Shown here piece by piece: positions 25,257-32,000 of a stretch of 32,000 nucleotides of DNA. Source of the DNA: Bdellovibrionota bacterium (GTDB taxonomy: Bacteria; Bdellovibrionota; UBA1018; CAUJDS01); the NCBI GenBank assembly GCA_963169695.1, contig CAUJDS010000062.1, forward strand, positions 75,022-107,021. Direction: 5' to 3'. Position 1 is the stretch's first letter. Every line of letters begins with the position of its first letter. A program made the position numbers and the translations under genes. The notes below the pieces were generated by a model, which saw only the letters and a list, made by a program, of their open reading frames with translations, searched no databases and was not told where the DNA came from.

Positions 25257-26228
25257 TTAAACGTGAATCCCAAGGCGTCGATAATCGGCTAATTTATTTC
25301 GAAGTGTACGGATCGAAATTCCCAATGCTCGAGCCGTATGTGTACGATTTCCCTTGTGAAACTCAAGGGCTTCGAGAATCACGGAGCGTTCGATATCATC
25401 CAGCGTGCGTCCAGGAGCCCAATTGATCTTCTCGGATGGATCCGAAAGGAGGGAGGCTTCCATTACAGTATTTGAACGCTGACTTTCTATCTGGATATCT
25501 GTTGCTTCGACTAATGTCTGACTTGCAGTAATCACTGCGCGCTCAATAACGTTCTCTAGCTCTCGGATATTGCCTGGCCATCCATACTGATTTAGCTTTC
25601 CCATGGCATCCGGTGAGAAACCCTTAATCGGCTTCTGGTTTTTCTCAGCGTACTTTCGCATAAAGCTTTCAGCCAACAACTCTACATCTCCTAACCGGTC
25701 CTTAAGAGGAGGCAAAGTGAAATTGACGACATTCAATCGATAGTAGAGGTCTTCGCGAAAGCTGCCGTCTTTGATACATTCCGTGAGGTTCTTATTAGTA
25801 GTTGCTACAATTCGCACATCTACTGGAACGGGCCTTCGTCCGCCAATTCTATCGACCTCTCCTTGTTGGAGAACTCTCAATAACTTAGCCTGCAAACGGA
25901 TATCCATCTCTGATATTTCATCCAGAAGTAAGGTACCGCCATTTGCCAATTCGAATTTTCCGGCTTTGCTAGATACGGCTCCCGTAAAGGCACCACGCTC
26001 GTAGCCAAATAACTCTGACTCCAATAGGTTCTCTGGAATGGCAGCGCAATTTATTGCCACGAAGGGACGAGCGCTTCTATTGCTGCTTTTATGTACCAAC
26101 GCCGCCATGAGCTCCTTCCCAGTGCCGCTTTCACCCTGAATGAGTACGGTTGCCTTGCTTTGTGCCACTGTTTTTGCGAGTTGGATCAAATCTCGCATCC
26201 TGCGATCCGCGGTCACTATCTGACTCAT
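25257..26228 (-). CDS. sigma-54-dependent transcriptional activator (bEBP) lacking an N-terminal regulatory domain
   Basis: The AAA+ core starts at about aa 10 (ATVLIQGESGTGKE Walker A, LLLDEI Walker B, ERGAFTGA sigma-54 contact loop). Fis-type HTH GNRTHTARALGISIRTLRNKL at the C-terminus. An in-frame TAA lies two codons upstream of the ATG, so no longer N-terminus is possible. ATGA overlap with the upstream TPR gene. Confidence 0.92.
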   Translation of the reverse strand: MSQIVTADRRMRDLIQLAKTVAQSKATVLIQGESGTGKELMAALVHKSSNRSARPFVAINCAAIPENLLESELFGYERGAFTGAVSSKAGKFELANGGTLLLDEISEMDIRLQAKLLRVLQQGEVDRIGGRRPVPVDVRIVATTNKNLTECIKDGSFREDLYYRLNVVNFTLPPLKDRLGDVELLAESFMRKYAEKNQKPIKGFSPDAMGKLNQYGWPGNIRELENVIERAVITASQTLVEATDIQIESQRSNTVMEASLLSDPSEKINWAPGRTLDDIERSVILEALEFHKGNRTHTARALGISIRTLRNKLADYRRLGIHV

Positions 26229-28924
26229 GACTTACCCTCCTTGGTTTCTAGCGCCTCTTGCGCTAGTTTTTTCCAAAAGTCATCCTCCGGACTTTTTAGA
26301 ATTTCTTTTAAAGTACTGATAATTTCTGACTGTTTTTCGGATTTTCCAGTCTTTTCGAGCGCCCGGGCATACGAAAACAGCGTCCGATTGTCTTTCGTGC
26401 CTTCTTTTAAAATTTCTGAGTAGTAAGATGCAACCTCACCCCACTTAGCATTGGCCTCGGCCATTTCTATAAGAAGAGCATAGACGTCGCTTTTGCCAGT
26501 TAAGACGGGAAGGAGCGTGCTAGAAATGGAATCCGCTGGTTTAGGGTCTTCTTTTTTTATTTTTAGAAGCAAGTCTTGCAAAAGCTTCGTAGCGGTCTCA
26601 AAATCTTTTTGTTTTCGGTATAGCCTTGCAAGCCAAAACTTTAGCTTATTAGCATCCGCCACTGATGGCTTTCCAAGTAACTCTGCCTTCGTGCCGTGCT
26701 GAATGGCCGAACTAATAACGCCCGTCTCCTCCGCCAGCACGCCGAGAAGAAGTTCTTTTTCGTAGGAATGAGGAGATTCGGCATCTACTTTCTCTAGGTG
26801 CTCCACGATAGCTTTTTCTTCCTTTTCACCCGTACCCATCCACAAAGAGATTGCTTTAGTGAAGTGTTCCTCAGATTGACGGGCTCGGACGTCAGCGTCG
26901 CCTGGCTGACTCGAAGCTAACTCGCGTTTTCTCCAGTCGGCCGTCAGCTTTTCGTATTTTTCACTTAGATTTTGTGCAAATTCTCCTAACGAAAGTTTCG
27001 ATGCTGCTTGAGAGAGTCTTAGAAGAAAATCATAAAGAATGGCTGGAGATTTGTCAGAAAAAGCCCATTCGTATTTCTTATAGAAACTGACTGCCTCAAA
27101 GTCTTTTTCATGATCTAGCAGGGCCATGATATATCGCCGAAACACAAGATTGAAGGCCGCGGTCACAATCTCTCGATTGTTCTGACCGAGTTGACCACCG
27201 ATAAGACGCGCTCCCACTGAGATCGCCTCGGCGTCTTCACCAAGGGTCACGAATGTCCGAAATTCGCTCATTCCTTTCATGTCTTGATAGTCGCGCATGT
27301 CAATCTCGGACGATGCCTTCAGATTTGCGGCTTCGTCGTTGAAGAACTTTCGAGCTGAATCTAGGTTGAATCCGCCATGGTCTCCGCAGGGGGCCAATCG
27401 CAGGCGCGCTAGGGTTGCTCCCGAACTGAGTGGATTGTCATTGATGGCTTGATAGAGCCACTTCTGAAAGTCGGGCGTTACCCCGTTTTTTCTGCCTTCG
27501 ATTTCGCCTAGACGATAGCTTGCACGCCAGCTTGTAGGATGACTTCGATGACGAGAAAGGTAGTCCTTGAATTCCTTGTCAGAACGATCCCACTCTCCCA
27601 ACCAGTACAAAGCCTCGCCCCGATTGACGCCCACCTCGGCATATTTTTTTGCTTCAGTGGGAAAAGCCTGAACGGCTTTATAGTACTGCGCCAAAGCTTG
27701 GGCGTACTGATAGCGATCCAAAAAGAGATCACCCATCTTGAGCGCTGCTTCACCTTTGATTCGTGAATTGGGTCCCTTCTCGGCAACCCACTGGTAGGCT
27801 TCCATTGCACGTTCGGTTTGCTTCAACTCATAGGCCGACTCGGCGACGCCCATGTGGAAACTCCAAACAAGCCGATGCTCTGGATAATTCTTCACAAGCC
27901 AAAGAAAATGTTCCATGGCTTCTAAGGGGTTTTTTTGCACCATGCTTTGCCCGGCCAAATAGATTGCGCTGTGAAGTGCTACAGGTGAGCCAAAGGCCTC
28001 AACCATCAATTCCCTAAAAAGAGCTTTGGCTTTGTCGAAGTACCCGAGTTTAACTAAGGCATTGGCGTGGAGAAACTTCATCTGTCCGCGATGGGACGAC
28101 TTAGGGAAGTCCTTAGCAAAGAACTCGATGGTTCGGATGGCCAAGCCCTGCTGACCTCTCTCATAGAGCTCTAATGCCAAGCGAAGGTACTGAGACTCTT
28201 TGTCAGGCCCCGTGGGTTGCCAATAGGGGTAATCTGAGTCGGGATGCGTAAGTGGATAGATCTTCGAAAAGTCAACCGTGGCGTGAGCGGGGCGGAAGGG
28301 AAGAAAAACATCATACTCCGGGGAAAGTGGCCGCTTGCAAAATTGAGACGCATCAGCGAGTGCCGTATTCTCCTGAAGACTTGCCGTTCTACGCTGGATC
28401 CTGCTCTTGAGCCTTCGTTCCATCTCCTCGTAGGCGCGCTTGCGCTTGTCTGCGAGCTGCTTTTGGTGCACCTCTGCTACGGTTGGGCCTTTCTTCAACC
28501 AAAAATCTAAGACAAACTGCGAAGTCTCGGCAACACGATAGGAGAAAAACTCCATCTGCGGAACGGCGGGCGCATTGTTCCCTTTTGGGTATTTCCAACG
28601 CCCTACAACCCTAAGGCCTTCATCAGAGTCATAAAAGCGCAAAAGGCTTAAACGAGAATCCGAAAGATCTCGAAACTTCTCTACCCACTGGGACTCCAGG
28701 CCAAAAGGCGCCCCTAGATCCGACAAGGAGATGCCCTTAAAGGTTATTTCGAAACCCCCGGGAAGGTCTTTCCATTGATGGTCGATCCCGCTATTGACTC
28801 GGAGGCTCAAACGGCTGTGATCGTCAAAAGTTTGTAGGAAGACTGGAAGGGGCTCTTTGGATGCAGCAGTGAGCAAGAGCGTTGCTCCAATGCCAAATAC
28901 AAAAAATCTGAGCCTCCTGCTCAT
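26225..28924 (-). CDS. exported 899-aa tetratricopeptide-repeat (TPR) protein with an N-terminal beta-rich module
   Basis: Signal-peptide-like N-terminus MSRRLRFFVFGIGATLLLTAAS. aa ~30-150 are beta-pattern (RLSLRVNS..FEITFKGISL..RLSLLRFYDSDEGLRVVGRW..FVLDFW). The remainder is repeated TPR-like helices (e.g. YLRLALELYERGQQGLAIRTIEFF, ANALVKLGYFDKAKALFRELM, AALKMGDLFLDRYQYAQALAQYYKAV). SD GGAG upstream. Confidence 0.8.
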   Translation of the reverse strand: MSRRLRFFVFGIGATLLLTAASKEPLPVFLQTFDDHSRLSLRVNSGIDHQWKDLPGGFEITFKGISLSDLGAPFGLESQWVEKFRDLSDSRLSLLRFYDSDEGLRVVGRWKYPKGNNAPAVPQMEFFSYRVAETSQFVLDFWLKKGPTVAEVHQKQLADKRKRAYEEMERRLKSRIQRRTASLQENTALADASQFCKRPLSPEYDVFLPFRPAHATVDFSKIYPLTHPDSDYPYWQPTGPDKESQYLRLALELYERGQQGLAIRTIEFFAKDFPKSSHRGQMKFLHANALVKLGYFDKAKALFRELMVEAFGSPVALHSAIYLAGQSMVQKNPLEAMEHFLWLVKNYPEHRLVWSFHMGVAESAYELKQTERAMEAYQWVAEKGPNSRIKGEAALKMGDLFLDRYQYAQALAQYYKAVQAFPTEAKKYAEVGVNRGEALYWLGEWDRSDKEFKDYLSRHRSHPTSWRASYRLGEIEGRKNGVTPDFQKWLYQAINDNPLSSGATLARLRLAPCGDHGGFNLDSARKFFNDEAANLKASSEIDMRDYQDMKGMSEFRTFVTLGEDAEAISVGARLIGGQLGQNNREIVTAAFNLVFRRYIMALLDHEKDFEAVSFYKKYEWAFSDKSPAILYDFLLRLSQAASKLSLGEFAQNLSEKYEKLTADWRKRELASSQPGDADVRARQSEEHFTKAISLWMGTGEKEEKAIVEHLEKVDAESPHSYEKELLLGVLAEETGVISSAIQHGTKAELLGKPSVADANKLKFWLARLYRKQKDFETATKLLQDLLLKIKKEDPKPADSISSTLLPVLTGKSDVYALLIEMAEANAKWGEVASYYSEILKEGTKDNRTLFSYARALEKTGKSEKQSEIISTLKEILKSPEDDFWKKLAQEALETKEGKS

Positions 28925-28976
28925 CTTTCTCCATCTCCAAAACAGGACCCAGGTGTCCCGACTTACCTAGAGGCAA

Positions 28977-28992
28977 AGCAAGCCCAGTGCCA
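28977..28992 (-). promoter_or_regulatory. sigma-54 (RpoN) -24/-12 promoter of the TPR/EBP bicistron
   Basis: Minus strand reads TTGGCACTGGGCTTGCTT, i.e. TGGCAC-N5-TTGC with exact GG-N10-GC spacing. Its 3' end lies ~52 nt upstream of the ATG at 28924. Confidence 0.8.
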
Positions 28993-29026
28993 ATTTTTTC
29001 CTGGTTCAAAAATTTCCTCCCTCCTT

Positions 29027-29042
29027 CATTAAATATTTGATG
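29027..29042 (-). promoter_or_regulatory. IHF-like bending site between the candidate UAS and the sigma-54 promoter
   Basis: Minus strand CATCAAATATTTAATG fits WATCAANNNNTTR except for the first base. It is flanked by A/T tracts (AAATTTTT, GAAAAAATT). Confidence 0.35.
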
Positions 29043-29065
29043 TTGTTCCTTCTTTTTTCTACTCT
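29037..29065 (+). promoter_or_regulatory. possible sigma-70-type promoter for the lipoprotein/mla genes
   Basis: TTGATG-N17-TACTCT on the plus strand, ~30 nt upstream of ATG 29096. Match to consensus is only moderate. Confidence 0.25.
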
Positions 29066-29080
29066 GGTTATCAATCAACC
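29066..29080. promoter_or_regulatory. imperfect palindrome GGTT-N7-AACC, candidate enhancer/operator
   Basis: ggttatcaatcaacc, centred ~80 bp upstream of the -24 element and 16 nt upstream of the divergent lipoprotein ATG. It could serve either gene. Confidence 0.3.
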
Positions 29081-29095
29081 TGTAGATAGGAAAAG

Positions 29096-29737
29096 ATGAA
29101 TCACACTTTTTTGACCATCCGTCAGAGAATCTCCTTCTTTCGTTGGACCTTTGACTCTTTTGATAAATATTCACTAACGATTTTCATCTGTTTTCTAGCT
29201 GCGGTTTTGCTTTCTCAGGGCTGTAGCACGGTAGGCTATCTTGTTGGAAATGCTGATCCGGTTTCGCATAAAGCAAGGCTCTACCAAGTCAAACCAATGA
29301 CAGAAATGGGACCCCAGTGGAAAAAAATAGATCCAATCGAAACCAGCGACCGCAAAACTGAGGACGTCCCTCAGAACGAAATCTCGGATTTGGTGTATCA
29401 GAGTCAAAAGACTGCCTCCCTCGTGTCTCTCAACAGCTCTTGCCGAGGAGGAGCGCACTGGGAAGGCAAAACTTTGCAAGACCTTACCAATCTTCTTCTC
29501 ATTGGAATTCATGAATTGGGCGAACGCCAAGAGTCGACATTGCAGATCGACAAAGAGCCAGCCCTCAAGACCCAGTTGACGGGAGTGGTCGAAGGTCGAA
29601 AGAGGAAGATTGAAACCATAGTGATTCTCAGGGATCAGTGTGTCTACGACCTCATGTACTTTTCTTCCGAGAAAAATTTTGCCGTGGATCTGAATGATTT
29701 TGAGCAGTTTGTTGCTTCTCTCACCTTCGCTCGATAA
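29096..29737 (+). CDS. hypothetical lipoprotein
   Basis: Lipobox LLSQGC after the hydrophobic stretch LTIFICFLAAVLL. SD-like AGGAAAAG upstream. No recognisable family. The n-region before the signal peptide is unusually long (23 aa). Confidence 0.6.
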   Translation: MNHTFLTIRQRISFFRWTFDSFDKYSLTIFICFLAAVLLSQGCSTVGYLVGNADPVSHKARLYQVKPMTEMGPQWKKIDPIETSDRKTEDVPQNEISDLVYQSQKTASLVSLNSSCRGGAHWEGKTLQDLTNLLLIGIHELGERQESTLQIDKEPALKTQLTGVVEGRKRKIETIVILRDQCVYDLMYFSSEKNFAVDLNDFEQFVASLTFAR

Positions 29738-29749
29738 ACTAGTACAATC

Positions 29750-30580
29750 ATGATCCAATCTGAAGCAACTGCACCTCGTGAAGCCACTTTTCTTACTGTC
29801 CTGAGCCGACGCTTAGGTAAGCGGGTATTTGATGCTTTGCGATTTGCTGGCGGGTTTGGACTCCTTAGCATTCAAGTCTTTCGAGAACTATTCAAAGGTC
29901 CCTTTTATTTCTACCTTACCGTGGAGCAATTACTCTCGCTCGGAGTACGATCTGTGTTGCTGGTGGCGGTTACCGGACTTGCTACCGGTTCTGTTATGGC
30001 GCTTCAATTTGGTTATGGTTTGCAGAAATTTGGAGGAACCCTTTATGTGCCTAAGATTGTCGCACTTTCCATCCTTCGAGAAATGGGTCCAGTCTTTACA
30101 AGTTTGCTTTTAGCCGGAAGGATAGGGTCTGGAATTGCATCCGAAGTGGCTTCCATGAATGTGACTCAGCAAATCGATGCCATTCGAGCGCTCGGAACCA
30201 GCCCTATCAAGCGCATCGTGATACCGCGCTTGGTGGCAAGTCTTATCGCACTTCCGATTTTGACTCTTTTTGCGGACTTTATTGGGATCTTTGGTGCCAT
30301 GATGATTGCGAAGCACGAACTCAACATCAACACCGAGTTTTTTATCGCGAAAGCGCTTGAAGCCATTACTTTTCCGGACCTTTGGTCTGGAATGCTAAAG
30401 ACAATGGTATTTGCTTACTTCATATCAATCACGGCCTGCTGGAAAGGCTTTAATACAGATAAAGGAACCGTCGGAGTCGGTAACACCACAACTTGGGTAG
30501 TCGTTACTTCGAGTATTTTTATTATGATTAGTGACTTTTTTCTTACGAAGCTTTTTATTCTTGGAGTGTACAGAAACTAA
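29750..30580 (+). CDS. mlaE: MlaE-family ABC transporter permease (phospholipid transport)
   Basis: Polytopic permease with LREMGPVFTSLLLAGRIGSGIASEVASMNVTQQIDAIRALGTSPIKRIVIPRL, the conserved MlaE/YrbE core. Confidence 0.9.
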   Translation: MIQSEATAPREATFLTVLSRRLGKRVFDALRFAGGFGLLSIQVFRELFKGPFYFYLTVEQLLSLGVRSVLLVAVTGLATGSVMALQFGYGLQKFGGTLYVPKIVALSILREMGPVFTSLLLAGRIGSGIASEVASMNVTQQIDAIRALGTSPIKRIVIPRLVASLIALPILTLFADFIGIFGAMMIAKHELNINTEFFIAKALEAITFPDLWSGMLKTMVFAYFISITACWKGFNTDKGTVGVGNTTTWVVVTSSIFIMISDFFLTKLFILGVYRN

Positions 30581-31354
30581 ATGGTCAATCGAGTGGTTCT
30601 GGATGTTCGTGAAGTTCGAAAAAGCTTTGGTGAAAAAGTTGTGCACAAAGGTGTCTCTTTTCAGGTACATGAACGAGAAATTCTCGCGCTATTTGGCGGA
30701 TCAGGGACTGGAAAGTCTGTCATCCTTCGTTCAATCATTGGACTAGAAAAACCTGATTCAGGTGAAATTCTTTTTGAAGGCCATGACCTTACTAAAATGA
30801 CGGAAGACGAACTCAAACAAGTTCGACTCAAGATTGGATATGTTTTTCAGAATGGGGCACTTTTTGACTCCCTGACAGTAGAAGAAAATCTGTCTTACCC
30901 GCTAGAAGCGCATACTAAACTCTCGCCTTCTGAAATTCTCACAAAGGTTAACGCCATGCTCGAACTCATCGACATGAAGGGTTCTAATGATTTGTTACCG
31001 GCCGAACTCTCAGGCGGGATGCAGAAGCGGGCTGGATTGGCGCGGGCCATCATAATGGAACCCAAGATTATCCTCTTTGACGAACCCACGGCAGGTCTGG
31101 ACCCCACCAATACGAAAAGATTGATTCAGAACATAAACCGGCTTAAAACTCTCGGCATCACCGGGATCTTCGTGACGCATGACATCCCTTCCGCATTTGA
31201 GATAGCGGATCGCGTTGCCATTCTGTCTGAAGGCCGGATTCCCATTATTGACACAGTGGAGAATATCCGAAAGAGTAATGACCCACTGGTTCAATCCTTT
31301 ATCAGTGAGGCAATGGCTCAGGAAAAAATGAGCAGGATCCGACACGCCAAGTGA
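30581..31354 (+). CDS. mlaF: MlaF-family ABC transporter ATP-binding protein
   Basis: Walker A GGSGTGKSV, signature LSGGMQKRAGLARA, Walker B ILFDEPTAGLDP. Starts immediately after the mlaE stop. Confidence 0.92.
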   Translation: MVNRVVLDVREVRKSFGEKVVHKGVSFQVHEREILALFGGSGTGKSVILRSIIGLEKPDSGEILFEGHDLTKMTEDELKQVRLKIGYVFQNGALFDSLTVEENLSYPLEAHTKLSPSEILTKVNAMLELIDMKGSNDLLPAELSGGMQKRAGLARAIIMEPKIILFDEPTAGLDPTNTKRLIQNINRLKTLGITGIFVTHDIPSAFEIADRVAILSEGRIPIIDTVENIRKSNDPLVQSFISEAMAQEKMSRIRHAK

Positions 31355-31373
31355 ACCAACTAGGATTAAGAGA

Positions 31374-32000
31374 GTGAAAAAAGACCGCCTCGAAACTGAA
31401 GTAAAAGTGGGACTCTTCGTTGCCATAGGCATAGGGCTAACCATGCTCTCTATTGTTGTTGCAGGTGGATCCGCCATGTGGTTTCAAAGTCAATCTCGCT
31501 ATTACACCTACTTCAAAGACGCCATGGGGATGATCAATGGCGCTAAAGTCATCTTAGACGGTATCCACGTCGGTACGATCGATACGGTGGACTTCGATGC
31601 AGAACGGAAGCGAATCAAAGTTTCTGTCTTGATACAATCGCGCTATCAAAAGTGGATCCGAAATTCGACAGTCTCCGAGATCGCAACCCAAGGGGTATTG
31701 GGAGACAAATTTCTATCATTAAAAAATAATAGTGATAGCGACTCCACCCTATTGCCATCCAACTCTGAGATTCCTTCTGTTGAAGGCGGCGGACTGGGCG
31801 AAGTATTGTCAAGCGGCGGTCAAGTCATAGACAATCTGAAGGCCCTCAGTGCCAGCCTTTCAAGAATCACTCATTCTTTTGAGACCGGTCGGAGGAACGA
31901 TATCTTCTTTGAGAATCTCGCTTCGGCGATGAAGAACCTCAACTCCGTATCCAAAAAATTTGACGACCAAATGACCGACATTGAAATCAAAAGCGCCATC
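31374..32000 (+). CDS. mlaD: MlaD/MCE-domain substrate-binding protein (3' end truncated by window)
   Basis: My own translation from GTG 31374: VKKDRLETEVKVGLFVAIGIGLTMLSIVV (N-terminal anchor), then YYTYFKDAMGMINGAKVILDGIHVGTIDTVDFD (MCE core). The frame stays open to the window end and is not in the ORF track because no stop is reached. Confidence 0.8.
   Translation, partial: MKKDRLETEVKVGLFVAIGIGLTMLSIVVAGGSAMWFQSQSRYYTYFKDAMGMINGAKVILDGIHVGTIDTVDFDAERKRIKVSVLIQSRYQKWIRNSTVSEIATQGVLGDKFLSLKNNSDSDSTLLPSNSEIPSVEGGGLGEVLSSGGQVIDNLKALSASLSRITHSFETGRRNDIFFENLASAMKNLNSVSKKFDDQMTDIEIKSAI

Noticed and set aside
25282-25289. GCCGATTA (minus strand) inside the 3' end of the sigma-54 activator gene, a possible sigma-28 promoter for flgB.
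   Set aside because: It lies in coding sequence (LADYRRLG), has no TAAA at the right distance, and sits upstream of the terminator hairpin.
1-32000. Scan for mobile elements, CRISPR arrays, tRNA/rRNA and defence-system genes.
   Set aside because: No transposase, integrase or nuclease-like ORF, no spaced direct repeats and no tRNA-like structure was seen. Every long ORF is accounted for by flagellar, regulatory, housekeeping or Mla functions.

Overview
The window is dominated by one co-directional minus-strand flagellar block of 25 tightly packed, often overlapping genes (25162 down to 2111). The order is flgB-flgC-fliE-fliF-fliG-fliH-fliI-fliJ-(ylxF/flbB-like)-fliK-flgD-(TIGR02530-like)-flgE-fliL-fliM-fliN-fliO-fliP-fliQ-fliR-flhB-flhA-flhF-flhG-fliA. 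It covers the rod, MS-ring, C-ring, export apparatus, hook, placement GTPase/ATPase pair and sigma-28. Directly upstream on the same strand is a bicistron (28924..25257) for an exported 899-aa TPR protein and a sigma-54 enhancer-binding protein with no sensory domain. This bicistron has a near-consensus sigma-54 promoter (TGGCAC-N5-TTGC) and is separated from flgB by a terminator-like hairpin. Left flank (plus strand): mazG, coaE and a 159-aa hypothetical protein whose stop codon overlaps the fliA stop in a shared TTAA. Right flank (plus strand): a predicted lipoprotein followed by mlaE-mlaF-mlaD, with mlaD truncated by the window end; the Mla genes imply a diderm host. I recognised no rRNA, tRNA, CRISPR array, transposase or integrase. 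The points most worth following up are the sigma-54-driven TPR/EBP bicistron, several atypical flagellar proteins (a 357-aa FliO with an exported N-terminal beta module, a FliA with a lysine/proline/alanine-rich N-terminal tail, a FlhG with substituted ATPase motifs, a FliL with a His/Gly repeat) and two perfect 11-bp hairpins inside the operon. All functional calls come from reading motifs in the supplied translations. No database search was run.
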